Under the pieces are notes generated by a model, which worked only from the letters and a program-made list of their open reading frames with translations, searched no databases and was not told the origin of the DNA. From Octopus bimaculoides (Eukaryota), in NCBI RefSeq assembly GCF_001194135.2, contig NC_068991.1, positions 78,271,834-78,305,015 of the forward strand: a DNA stretch of 33,182 nt, read 5' to 3'. Made by a program: the position numbers and the translations under genes. This document shows, in pieces, positions 1 to 11,790 of this stretch. Numbering within the stretch: the stretch's first letter is position 1; every line of letters begins with the position of its first letter.

Positions 1-116
1 AAACAGGACACAGTCGTGTGTCGATAAGCCAGCTGGAGGAGATGTCCTCCTGGGGCTAAAAGCAACAGTAACATCCACCCCTAGGGGTCAGCCACACTTA
101 AGTGGCAATATACTAC

Positions 117-146
<30 letters not shown>

Positions 147-148
<2 letters not shown>

Positions 149-1465
149 GGATGTTTCAAAGAATTTGAATATCACAGAAACTACATAGTCAAAGAAAATG
201 AAACTAAACAGGCAACAAAAGATTTATTCCTCCACATTTAAATGAGAAATTCAAAGGTATGTGGATTCCTTGAACGATTTCACAAATGTTCAATATGCAT
301 GCTGCCTGAGACATGGCACACATCAAGTCGTTAGCCCAGCTCCTCCCAAACACGCTGCAGCATGTCTTGGGTGACAGTCTCCAGTGCGGTAGTGATTCTC
401 TGCTCAAATTCCTCTAGGTTTGCAGGAAGAGTGGGGAGGCATAGACCAGGCCCTTCACATAGCCCTAGAGAGAAAATTTGCAAGGTGTCAGGTCAGGTCA
501 ACGCGGTGGCCATTTCAACAGTACATTGTCTTCATCACCAGCACGCCCGATCCATCTCCCTCACAGATTGTCATTGAGATAAGCCCGCACAGTGAAGCCC
601 CGTCCTGTTGAAAAATGGAGTCTTCATGTTCATTTGCAATCAGCTCATCCATTAGCCAATTCTGAAGCATTTGCAGATAAACAGTGTCGGTCACATTTCC
701 TTCAAAGAAAAGCAGGCCATGAAGATGCTTCTTGGAGATGGCACAGAACACATTCACTTTTGGTGAGTCCCTCTCATGCTCAACTGTGGTATGGGGATTT
801 TCTTCACCCCAGATGCAAACATTATGTTTATTGACTTTGCCATTCGTATGAAATGTGGCCTCATCACTAAAAACAAGACGTTACTTGAACTCGGCTTCTT
901 CAAGTTTCTCTTGCATATCAACACAGAATTGTTTGCACTTTCGCTTGTCATCTGCAGTTATGGTCTGAATGAGCTGCAGCTTGTTGGGTTTCATTAGCAA
1001 GCATTTCCCCGGGACGCGCCAAATTGTCGTGGGAGGAATCTGGGTTTCCAGACTTGTTCTTCTTATGGACTTCTTGGGGCTTCGCAAGAGTTTTTGGCGA
1101 ACCCACTTGACCGTCTATTCTGATGTTAGTGGTTGTCCAGATCCTTTTACCCTGCACAGACAACCTTCTTCTTTGAGTTTTTTGTGCCATGTCCAAATCT
1201 GCATTACCATTAGTAACTTTTTAGAGAACTCTCTTACAAATGCATGCTGTCTTGTTCGACTGTGTTCGAGCATATTCCAACACACAAAACGCCTTTTCTC
1301 TTCCAGTGAATGCCATTTCTATACCTGAAAAGATAGACATGTCAAACATTACACATAAAATTTTGACCTGCTTCTACACATGCTCTTAAAATTTGAAGTT
1401 ATTTGAACAAGAGCTGGCAAAGTTATTAGATTGCGAAATGATATCAAATTTTTTGAAACACCCTG
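147..1465 (-). mobile_element. Full-length decayed Tc1/mariner-superfamily DNA transposon (rosa/DD41D-like), 1319 bp
   Basis: Left TIR 147-173 TAGGATGTTTCAAAGAATTTGAATATC matches the reverse complement of right TIR 1440-1465 (CAGGGTGTTTCAAAAAATTTGATATC) with 3 mismatches + 1 indel. TA dinucleotides flank both ends (145-146, 1466-1467). A transposase relic lies inside. Confidence 0.9.
280..1316 (-). pseudogene. Frameshifted/stop-containing mariner-type transposase
   Basis: Minus-strand translation across frames gives MAFTGREKAFCVLEYARTQSNKT (HTH N-terminus), RSPKKSIRRTSLETQIPPTTIWR, RLVFSDEATFHTNGKVNKHN, IFQQDGA, RWIGR..KWPPR*PDLTPC.F.L*GYVK and C-terminal HIEHL*. These are the typical motifs of rosa/maT-like transposases. 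Confidence 0.88.
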
Positions 1466-1469
1466 TATG

Positions 1470-1504
<35 letters not shown>

Positions 1505-1929
1505 NNNNNNNNNNNNNNNNNNNNNNNNNNNNNNNNNNNNNNNNNNNNNNNNNNNNNNNNNNNNNNNNNNNNNNNNNNNNNNNNNNNNNNNNNNNNNNNN
1601 NNNNNNNNNNNNNNNNNNNNNNNNNNNNNNNNNNNNNNNNNNNNNNNNNNNNNNNNNNNNNNNNNNNNNNNNNNNNNNNNNNNNNNNNNNNNNNNNNNNN
1701 NNNNNNNNNNNNNNNNNNNNNNNNNNNNNNNNNNNNNNNNNNNNNCTAGCATATATATATATATATATATATAATCCATTAGTTCATTTTCCATCAGTTT
1801 TTTCTATGTTTGCATGGAGTGGATGAATATATGATATTATTATATACACACATACACGCAAATGTATGTATGTAAATATGCTTATATGTAAGTACATACA
1901 CACACACACACACACACACACATACATAT

Positions 1930-2388
1930 TCCATCACATGCCAGGGGGGAAAACATTTCATCACATGCCAGGAGGAAAAACTAGAAGTAGTTGATAGCTT
2001 CCACTACCAAGGCGACCAAGTTTGTAGTGAGGGTGGCTGCTCTGAGAGTGTAGCAGCTAGAATAATAGCCTGGGCAAAGTTCAGGGAGCTTCTACTTCAG
2101 CTAGCAATTAAGGGCCTCTCGCTCAGGATGAAAAGTAGACTGTATGATGCTTGTGTGAACTGCCATTCTATGTGGCAGTGAAATATGGGCCATGACTGCT
2201 GAGGACATGCGTAGGCTTAAAAGAAATGAAGCTAGTATGATATGCTGGATGTGTAATGTCAGTGTGCATACACGACAGAGTGTAAGCACCCTGAGAGAAA
2301 AGTTGGACGTGAGAACCATCAAATGTAGTCTGCAAGAGAGACAACTGCACTGGTATGGTCATGTGATGTGTATAGATGAAGACAACTG
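1930..2388 (+). mobile_element. RTE-clade LINE, ORF2 C-terminal fragment
   Basis: Translates to KLEVVDSFHYQGDQV..GGCSESVAAR..AWAKFRELL and AMTAEDMRRLKRNEASMICWMCNVSVHTRQSVSTLREKLDVRTIKCSLQERQLHWYGHV. A 22-bp direct duplication (catcacatgccagg.ggaaaa) sits at its 5' junction. Same family as 14531-15425. Confidence 0.85.
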
Positions 2389-2425
<37 letters not shown>

Positions 2426-2837
2426 NNNNNNNNNNNNNNNNNNNNNNNNNNNNNNNNNNNNNNNNNNNNNNNNNNNNNNNNNNNNNNNNNNNNNNNNNNN
2501 NNNNNNNNNNNNNNNNNNNNNNNNNNNNNNNNNNNNNNNNNNNNNNNNNNNNNNNNNNNNNNNNNNNNNNNNNNNNNNNNNNNNNNNNNNNNNNNNNNNN
2601 NNNNNNNNNNNNNNNNNNNNNNNNNNNNNNNNNNNNNNNNNNNNNNNNNNNNNNNNNNNNNNNNNNNNNNNNNNNNNNNNNNNNNNNNNNNNNNNNNNNN
2701 NNNNNNNNNNNNNNNNNNNNNNNNNNNNNNNNNNNNNNNNNNNNNNNNNNNNNNNNNNNNNNNNNNNNNNNNNNNNNNNNNNNNNNNNNNNNNNNNNNNN
2801 NNNNNNNNNNNNNNNNNNNNNNNNNNTATATATATAT

Positions 2838-2840
<3 letters not shown>

Positions 2841-2874
<34 letters not shown>

Positions 2875-2884
2875 CAGAATGACT

Positions 2885-2930
<46 letters not shown>

Positions 2931-2932
2931 GT

Positions 2933-2964
<32 letters not shown>
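2841..2964. repeat. (GATA)n microsatellite, adjacent to (TA)n, (TACA)n and (CA)n tracts
   Basis: Directly visible tandem GATA units following a 401-N gap. Confidence 0.95.
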
Positions 2965-3799
2965 CATACATACATACATACATGCACATACAAACACACA
3001 CACACACACACAGGCATACGAGTATGTGTGCAGTTATGCATGTATCTGCATGAACGTTGACATTGTAAGGTTTCACTTATCAACATTAGCAAGACAGTGA
3101 TATGATGTTTACATTTCTTGTTGGCATAACAACTGGTCACTCTACATTTGCGAAAACCAATGGAGTGAAGAAATGCCTCACTTGTGAACAGGTAAGAGTT
3201 TGCAACAGGACACCTATCCAACCATTAGACAAAAACTATCAAAATTATAAGAACCAGCATTGTTTGTATCAATGAATTTCACCTTAAGAGCCAGTTCAAA
3301 GAATATTTACCTCAATCTTGACAAAGCATATGGTAAATCTTTCCTTTCTCCTCTTCCCTTCCGATGCCAAAATATTTGTTTCTCTCCCTTCACCCCAAAC
3401 CATTTTTATATTTATGTTTATTTTTTTAACCAATTCCGTTTACTTTTTTACTAAATTTTTACTTTTCGTTAAAAAAATTTCTTCTTAACAAACACTATTT
3501 TGAAAAGACAGTAATTGGTGAAACGTCAAACTATGTATTCCGTTGATAATACATGTGAGTGTATGTAGGTATGTATGTGTATATGCATTATGTGTGTGTG
3601 TGTGCGCACATGGCTGGCTTACTGGCAACTACTACTTATTGGGACTATGTTACTTAAGAGGAGAGAATCACTTCAAATTTCTTGTTTTTTTTATGTTGAG
3701 AAATTATTATCAAAAGAGAAGAAAGTGAAATGAGCATACATTATTGCCATATAAATCTTTAATTAATCTTATATATGTATACATATATATATATGTGTG

Positions 3800-3850
<51 letters not shown>

Positions 3851-4089
3851 NNNNNNNNNNTTCAAGCTTTATAAACAATCTGTTATTACATCAGCATAGG
3901 TATATTATTGATATAAAAGATGGTTTAAAGCTCTCTTCAGCCACAAACATTGTTAGTCCAAAGATTACATCACAAAAAAATGTACACTAAGTATTACCCA
4001 TTATAATAGGTTTATCACATCTCTTTAAAAAAGTATATTTGTATAAAGGTTCGTTGGATTTCAAAAATCTGTCCATATTATACCACTAT

Positions 4090-4395
4090 TCAGCATAGAC
4101 TCTATGCTCTCATCTGGGACTCTCAACAAGAAGAGGTCCAGTCTTGATTTAAAAACGCTTACATCAACTTTGTGCAGGTTCCTCAGGCTCTTTCGGAGAA
4201 TATTAAAAAGCTGTGGGCCTCTGAAACCCAGGCTGTTGTAGTAACTGGTCCTGAAGTGCAATGATGTTGCTGGGATCTTTGACACTATGCAGTGTCGACC
4301 TGTTCTGGTATCGGTGTAGCATTCAATGCCAAAATTTGGCACAATTCCTTCCAGGATCTTCCAGATGTATATTACTACATACCTCTCCCACCTAT
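4090..4395 (-). mobile_element. CR1/L2-group LINE 3' coding fragment
   Basis: Minus translation YIWKILEGIVPNFGIECYTDTRTGRHCIVSKIP..YNSLGFRGPQLFNIL.KSLRNL..FKSRLDLFLLRVPDE resembles the RT C-terminal tail of non-LTR retrotransposons. Confidence 0.7.
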
Positions 4396-4445
4396 TTGAA
4401 CATTTTCATATATTCGTATGTTATATAATTTCATAATTCAATATT

Positions 4446-4515
4446 TCATTTGCTGGGCAGCGAGTTGGCAGAATCGTTAGCACGCCGGGTGAAATGCTTA
4501 GCGGTATTTTGTCTG
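4446..4515 (+). mobile_element. tRNA-derived SINE (family A) 5' head, truncated by gap
   Basis: gagttggcagaatcgttagcacgccgggtgaaatgcttagcggtattt matches the copies at 13880-14018 and 19343-19555. Confidence 0.75.
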
Positions 4516-5178
4516 NNNNNNNNNNNNNNNNNNNNNNNNNNNNNNNNNNNNNNNNNNNNNNNNNNNNNNNNNNNNNNNNNNNNNNNNNNNNNNNNNNNNN
4601 NNNNNNNNNNNNNNNNNNNNNNNNNNNNNNNNNNNNNNNNNNNNNNNNNNNNNNNNNNNNNNNNNNNNNNNNNNNNNNNNNNNNNNNNNNNNNNNNNNNN
4701 NNNNNNNNNNNNNNNNNNNNNNNNNNNNNNNNNNNNNNNNNNNNNNNNNNNNNNNNNNNNNNNNNNNNNNNNNNNNNNNNNNNNNNNNNNNNNNNNNNNN
4801 NNNNNNNNNNNNNNNNNNNNNNNNNNNNNNNNNNNNNNNNNNNNNNNNNNNNNNNNNNNNNNNNNNNNNNNNNNNNNNNNNNNNNNNNNNNNNNNNNNNN
4901 NNNNNNNNNNNNNNNNNNNNNNNNNNNNNNNNNNNNNNNNNNNNNNNNNNNNNNNNNNNNNNNNNNNNNNNNNNNNNNNNNNNNNNNNNNNNNNNNNNNN
5001 NNNNNNNNNNNNNNNNNNNNNNNNNNNNNNNNNNNNNNNNNNNNNNNNNNNNNNNNNNNNNNNNNNNNNNNNNNNNNNNNNNNNNNNNNNNNNNNNNNNN
5101 NNNNNNNNNNNNNNNNNNNNNNNNNNNNNNNNNNNNNNNNNNNNNNNNNNNNNNNNNNNNNNNNNNNNNNNNNNNNNN

Positions 5179-5246
<68 letters not shown>

Positions 5247-5529
5247 TAAGCAAAATACTATGTTTGTGGAAATATTTTGTTTGTTAGTTGTTGTTTCCTT
5301 ATTAATCCTATGTAAAATATTCATCAAATACATTTTTATATACACTGAAACAGTCTTATTTGAACCTTGTACTTTTTTTACAACTCGATGGACCATTTTC
5401 AATTCTTGCCATTTTTTACCCCTTTCTGTGTAAGCAAATGAGATTTTTGTTTCTCATTTAAAAGATAATTTGTGAGAGGTACCCAAGAGAAAAAAAAATA
5501 TATATATACTACCTTTTGGTTACAAGAGA

Positions 5530-5700
5530 CTTGCAGAATTGTTAAAGCATCAGAGATATTTGAATTCCATCCCCCTGAAACCCATGGACGCGCTGGTAAG
5601 ACCAAAATACAACTCAGCATCCATGACTTCTACAAACATTCCTTCATATTCACAATTGTTGAAGCATGGACTAAACTGTTTCTGTTATTAGTTGTTGGGA
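5530..5700 (+). mobile_element. CR1-type LINE extreme C-terminal fragment
   Basis: FEFHPPETHGRAGKTKIQLSIHDFYKHSFIFTIVEAWTKL resembles the CR1 terminal motif (TRGH..K..Q...D.RK.FFS.R.V.AWN.LP). Confidence 0.6.
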
Positions 5701-7399
5701 CTTTCCTCCAAAATTCCATGCTTCCTGAAATTAACCAACACTGCTCCTCATGTCTCTCTGCGCCTCTTATGAATTTCTTAATATTCACTTTTCTAATTGT
5801 TTTGTTTTTTTTTCTGGTGTACTTCATGCATGTACTTCAAGCTTTCATTCTGTCTTTCTTCATTTGTCTGCTTTCTGTCCTCTCTTTAAATCTTTCCTGA
5901 TGAGTTGTTGTGCACCTGAGCGCTGTATACAAGAAGCTCGTTATTATTTGAAATAATAATTCTACCATTTAGTTTCAGCGCTTAATATTGTCTGTCAAAC
6001 TTCATTCCTCCAGGCTGAGGAAATAAAATTCCAGTCAAATCGAGAAATTAATTCATTCATTTAAAGCATAATATACATGAATGGTATTATAATAGACGGA
6101 TGGATCCTTTCAAGGTTGATGAAATAAGTACCAGTTATACACTGGGGATCGATGTAATCAACTATCCTCTCATCCAAAATTTCAGGCCTTGTTCCTATAG
6201 TAGAAATTATTATAATAGAAGGCTGAAAGTAAGACATTATTAGGTTTTCTAATGTCGTAATAAACATAGTTTTAGATAAGAGGAAACAAGATAGAATCCA
6301 AAATAGGGACCCTAAACCAGTGGAGGGATCCAGGATTTCATTTTTGAGTGTTGCCTAGCAAGTCCTATTCCAGTAAGAGTTGACTCCCTGCTCCTTCACT
6401 GTTGCCCAAAAAACCTTGGTCCTGATTTTTTTGGTGTCAGCTCAGCTAGAAAGGGTGTTGCCCAGGCAACTAGCTCAACACCCCTGCATCTTCCACTGCT
6501 AAACAGTTGCTAAAAGGAACCAAGAAAGTGAAAGAATAAAGTTTAGCAAAGGTGCTTCTTGAGTTGTTGTTGTTCAACTCCAGGTCAGTCCTGATCTTGT
6601 ACACACATGGTGACAACCATTCCAGCTATTACCATTTCATTTTCAGAGCACCTAAGTGAGATTGAACCTAAGAATACATTGTTGGGAAGCAACCAATGTA
6701 CCACGGTGCTACATTACTCTGATTCCTTCTTTCTCTAGAATAGTAGAATATGCTTTGCAAGATATTTAATTTGTATTTCTAGCTGCCAAATTTGTTCTTC
6801 TTATGTAGGTTCTGGAGCTGACAGGCTTCAAGAAGTAGGTTCCCTTTAACAATTTATTCAGAATTATTTTTAATTAAGACACAAACAAGAAAACATGCAT
6901 AAAGAGAGAGAGAGAGGAGGAGAGAAAGAGAGAGACTAAAAGACAACTGATTAAGAAATCCACTTCACAGTCAGTAGTTCTCTGTTTCGATTCCATTGTC
7001 TGTTACTTAGGTTTATAGCAAGTTGCTGCAAGGGACACAACTCAGTATACTGGATATATTGCTTCTAGTGACATCTGTGGAGAAATGTGGCATTCTAAAT
7101 AGATTCCCAGAAGTAAAGGAGTAAAAGGTGAATTCTGAGACTAATGGGAATACAAGGAAGAATAAAAGATAAAAGTTGTGTAAATCTGAAAATTGACGAA
7201 GCTATAGAGGGGCAAAAATGGCTGGATTTCTGTTGTTTGATCAACTTGATTACCTGCTCGATTAATCGGTAAGTGGCTGAGTGTTCCACAGACGCATGTA
7301 CTTGTAATGAAATGCTTAGGTGGAATTAGCATGGCACACTGTGTGAGACAAAGCAGCACTTTTGATTTAGTGGGACAATCCTCCAGATGATTTTTTTTT

Positions 7400-7545
7400 T
7401 CTGTAGTTTCTGCCCACCGAGAATCATTCAGAAGGTATGCATTGATCCAAGGCTATAGAAAGTGACACTTGCCCAAGATGTCAAGCAGTGAGATCAAGCC
7501 CTGGGCATCATGGTTGAGAAGCAAACTTCTTAACCATCCAACCAT
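7400..7545 (-). mobile_element. Degenerate tRNA-derived SINE (family B) head
   Basis: Reverse complement similar to the heads of 25180-25515 and 27775-28165 (gaagtttgcttctcaaccatgatg..cttgggcaagtgtc..ctatagccttgg). Confidence 0.6.
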
Positions 7546-8871
7546 ACTATGCCTACCATAACAGAAAAAAAAATCATAACAAAAGATTATTTGATTGAAC
7601 AGTATGTGTTTATTTAGATGAGTAGGACAGTAAGATATCAGTTACTTAACAGGTATTATTCTAATGAAACACTGAAGGCTGCTTTTTTATTTTCATTTTT
7701 TGTTTTGGTCGAAGTATGATAGATAGGGGCTTGTGAATTCAGCTGAAAATAAGTCATTAGGAACCATGGAGATAACTTGGAGAGTTGATTAGAAATAAGT
7801 CATAGAAGAAATGAAGTCATCTGAGAATAAACTGAGATATAAGTTTATATATAACCATAGGTTGATATAGTTTTACGGTATCTGAAGATGTGTAGGTTTA
7901 TTTGCCTTTTAAATATCTTAATATAGCCTAGGTAATTATTATATGATATGGTAAAGGAAATATCTGAAAGTTCAATGTTCATCTTTTCAATCTGGTAGCA
8001 GTGTAAATTTCTGTATTTCAAGCAGATATTTGTCAAATTGATAACTTTTCATAAAGGATTCAGATCTCATATATAGATAGTTTAAAAACTATGTTGTAAG
8101 AAGTGTTTTTCACTTGTGCATAGGTTACATTCTTTTTGTACAGTTTACATAAACCTGGATCCATTCAATTCCAAACTTAGTGTTCTTTTATGTACCAGAT
8201 GTAGGTTGTCAAAGTTGTGTTCATTTTTCAACAGGCTTGAAGAATGAACTATAGTTAGAGTGCCATTGTTCGAATTTTCCCTCGGTCATTCCTAATGTTT
8301 AACTCTCCCATTTAGTTTGATTTGCTAGGGTGACTTCATTATATAGCTTTGGTTTATAACAGATTCAGTATCTTTTGTATATCATCAAATATGCATCATT
8401 TTCTTAATCTTAACTGAAACTATTTTAAATTTCATTGCACTTAAGTATTACACACTGTTTTTTAGAAACTCAAATACATCCACATCCCTGTTTTTCTAAA
8501 AACAGCCATGGGAATGACTTACTTTTCTAAAACTCAGACATTTCTCATTGTTGTCTCACATCAGTATTTATTCCAATCAATTTAGAGTTTTCCAAATTTA
8601 ACATATCATTATTTTTAAACCAAAAACTGGAAATCATTTCTATCCTGCAATAAATGATTTTGTCTATTTTTAACTGTTTTGTATAACTGATATTAAATTT
8701 ATTACCTGTTATAATTGATAATTATTTTTTTAACTAACGTTCAAATTTGTAAATCTTTCATATTCATCATTAATGTTCATTGTATTCTACATATCTCTAT
8801 ATATATCAATTTATCTTAAGATTATTGCTTGATATACAAATCAATAAATGTTTATTTAGAATAATATACAT

Positions 8872-9000
8872 CAATGGTTCCCAAAGTGGGTGGTACTGAC
8901 CCCCCTGGAAGCAGTGGAAAGGTCGGGGAGAGGGAGCATTGAAGAAAATTGGGACAATAATGAGGTGGCCAAAAGTGGGAGGCAACGCCCACCTACTTAC
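8872..9000 (+). mobile_element. Possible hAT-type MITE remnant
   Basis: Starts caatggttcccaaagtggg, resembling CAGTGGTTCCCAA hAT termini. No partner TIR was found. Confidence 0.3.
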
Positions 9001-9021
9001 TGTCCTGAGATTTGAGAAATT

Positions 9022-9058
<37 letters not shown>

Positions 9059-9084
9059 TGTGTGTGTGTGTGTGTGTGTGTGTG

Positions 9085-9428
9085 GTGTACTGTTCCATGA
9101 TGGTAAGATTAACAAAAATGTACTCCATCTGGTGAGAGATAAATATTGGAGTCATACCCATTGACTGGTGTGGCAGCACCACAGTCAACTGCTACAAATG
9201 TAAAGGTAACGCCTTAAACAGAAATAATTACAGAGGTGTCAAAATGTTGGATCAGGTGATGAAAGTAATGGAGAGGGCCATAGCCCAGCTAATTCGGAAG
9301 AGAGTTAGTGTACATGAGATCCAGTTTGGTTTTGTGCCAGGGAAAAGCACCACTGATGCTATATTCCTGGTAAGGCAGCTGCAGGAGAGGTACTTAGCCA
9401 AAAATAAACTTTTGTACTTGGCTTTTAC
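9085..9428 (+). mobile_element. RTE-clade LINE reverse-transcriptase fragment
   Basis: GVIPIDWCGSTTVNCYKCKGNALNRNNYRGVKMLDQVMKVMERA..QFGFVPGKSTTDAIFLVRQLQERYLAKNKLLYLAF matches RT domains 0-2 of RTE elements. Confidence 0.88.
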
Positions 9429-9597
9429 ACACACACATATATATAAAAGAATACAAAAGATGGGACAAGAACACAAAACATCAAGACATGATACAAAAAA
9501 ATGGACAAGGAAAAACAACGATGGGTCATTCGGAGTTTTCTTTCATCAGTCGAGTTCCAGATTAGATTTGCAGTTTCGGTTGGTTATACATATATAT

Positions 9598-9930
9598 ATC
9601 ATCACCATCGTCATCATTTATCATCCGTTTTCCATGCTGGCATGGGTTGGATGGTTTGACTGGAACTGGTAAGCTAGGGAGCTGCACCAGGTTCCAGTCA
9701 GATTTGGCTTGGTTTCTATGGCTGGATGCCCTTCCTGACCCACTCCAAGAGTGTAATGGGTGCCTTTTAGGTGCCATTTACATGACAGCAGCAATGGCCA
9801 CAACTACAACTTTATATGATATTGGCAATGGCCTCGACTACAATGAGTCTTCTCAGCACAGCATATTGCAAACGGTCTCAGTCTCTTGTCATCACCTGTG
9901 TAACGTCCAACATTTGAAGATCATGCTATT
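9598..9930 (-). mobile_element. RTE LINE 3' end (ORF tail + 3'UTR + (GAT)n tail)
   Basis: Minus strand reads HDLQMLDVTQVMTRD*DRLQYAVL, then the shared 3'UTR (ggaagggcatccagc..ccaacccatgccagcatggaaaacggat..atgatgatg). Confidence 0.75.
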
Positions 9931-10327
9931 GGCAAGTCACGATTTAACTGACACATTTATTTGTTTAGCAATAAGTAGACAAGAAATACATCTCTTAATA
10001 TAAGATTTAACTCACACTCTTATTTGTTCAGCAATTAACAAACAAGGAATACATTAAACAAACAGATAAACACAAAACATACATCTCTGAAAATAAAATT
10101 TACCTGACACATTTGTTTAGTAGTAAATGTACAAGAAATACAAATGATGTGTGAAACATAGGTTGTCCTTTGATGAGCCATCATTTAACCATTCTGTTCG
10201 TTGTTTCAATGATGCACTGAAAGACATTGGTTTCAACAACAGAATACATCATCTACAGAATTCTCATATCCAAGAATACCAAAATAGGGACTAAAATATC
10301 ATGGCGAAATCCTTCATACAGCTTAAA

Positions 10328-11007
10328 CATATTTTCATTGTGGTTGGAACTTTTCAAAGTCTTATAAATTAACCATTTCTTACCTTATAGCTTTAATCTA
10401 ATTCAAATATTACCTGATCTTTTTTCTGCCCAATTAATCAAAATACTTCCTCCAGAATATCCAAAATGTCCACAAAGTCTTCACTTACAGAAGTGTTAAG
10501 ATGAGCAGAGCCCAGAGGAAATCTCTGACACCAAACTGTAAAAATCCCCACTGTGCCAATGTAACTGTGTTTGTGCTAATNNNNNNNNNNNNNNNNNNNN
10601 NNNNNNNNNNNNNNNNNNNNNNNNNNNNNNNNNNNNNNNNNNNNNNNNNNNNNNNNNNNNNNNNNNNNNNNNNNNNNNNNNNNNNNNNNNNNNNNNNNNN
10701 NNNNNNNNNNNNNNNNNNNNNNNNNNNNNNNNNNNNNNNNNNNNNNNNNNNNNNCATATTTTCATTGTGGTTGGAACTTTTCAAAGTCTTATAAATTAAC
10801 CATTTCTTACCTTATAGCTTTAATCTAATTCAAATATTACCTGATCTTTTTTCTGCCCAATTAATCAAAATACTTCCTCCAGAATATCCAAAATGTCCAC
10901 AAAGTCTTCACTTACAGAAGTGTTAAGATGAGCAGAGCCCAGAGGAAATCTCTGACACCAAACTGTAAAAATCCCCACTGTGCCAATGTAACTGTGTTTG
11001 TGCTAAT
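10328..11007. repeat. Exact 253-bp direct duplication (10328-10580 and 10755-11007) separated by a 174-N gap; probable assembly artefact
   Basis: Both copies read identical, and each ends exactly at a gap edge, as expected for an unmerged contig overlap. Confidence 0.85.
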
Positions 11008-11263
11008 ATTACGCCAGCAAAGCAGGTTTCTTCCCTCAAAACTTTTTGCATGAGATCGCATTCACCTGGTAATTTGCAGACCCCTAAAGCTATGGAAGAC
11101 ACTTGCCCAGATGCTGCAGGGTAGAAATAAGGAGCAGATTGTAACACAGAGAAGGGTCAATATGGTTGACCCTTGAACCCTTGAAGGCAAAAACTGGAAA
11201 CAAAAAAACAGATAAATAATATGGCTGCTAATTGATGTGACGTACAGACAGACAAAAGAACAT

Positions 11264-11269
11264 TTTATT
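11264..11269 (-). terminator. Candidate polyadenylation signal (AATAAA) of the angel gene
   Basis: tttatt on + at 11264-11269, about 520 nt past the stop codon; a second one lies at about 11289. No transcript evidence. Confidence 0.3.
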
Positions 11270-11790
11270 CTAAAAGTTTTTTTTTCTTTTTTATTTAGTC
11301 AGCTTCCATGGAAAGCAAACAATAATTTGTTCCGTAGATGAATATAGAAAATAAACTTCCCACCAAACTGTTTGCATTTTCTATATTAACTGTTTTTTCT
11401 TAATTTGGTTAAGAACACTATACAGATGGAGTGGAAGGGAACCTGGAGAACAGCTGTGCAGTTGGAGTTCTTTGGGTTGGCAGAATGGGAGGAAGATAGA
11501 GCAGCAGCAGCAGATAAACCCAAATAATTCATTCAATGTTTTTTTTTAAAGTCAATATATATTTGTGTGTGCATGTGTGAGTTTGTGAAGATTGTAAAAA
11601 CTAAAACTGCAAAACAAAAGAGAAATGGAAGGAAAAAAAGAAAGATTAAAAGAATAAAGAAGAATGTTTCAGGGTTAAGAAGAATGTATTGTTAGTTAAA
11701 GCCTGGCAAATTCGTGTGTGTGTGTGTGTGTGTGTGTGCAGATGCTTTTGTATGTATACCATGTCTGGAGCTCAAACATGGAACAATAAA

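Noticed and set aside
3493-3534. Possible further hammerhead (TTGAAAA..GAAACGTC-AAAC) after a T-rich, Penelope-3'UTR-like stretch
   Set aside because: GAAACGTC is present but the CUGANGA core has two changes and stem II does not pair; too degenerate to support.
1393-5433. Long ORFs in the ORF track (e.g. 2168-3076, 4446-5402, 4450-5433; also 17488-18387 and 30068-30531)
   Set aside because: They exist only because N-gaps and TA/CA/GATA microsatellites contain no stop codons.
9515-9560. Minus-strand CTGATGA..GAA motif (and similar CTGAGGA at about 6013)
   Set aside because: Lacks GAAAC and convincing stems I and III; cannot be called a ribozyme.
10328-11007. Exact 253-bp tandem duplication as a biological segmental duplication or duplicated exon
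   Set aside because: Both copies are identical and end exactly at the edges of a 174-N gap, the signature of an unmerged contig overlap. Long reads would settle it.
10923-11147. Extra coding exon downstream of angel
   Set aside because: Contains SINE-like sequence (gggcaagtgtcttcc), has no recognisable homology, and lies beyond the angel stop codon.
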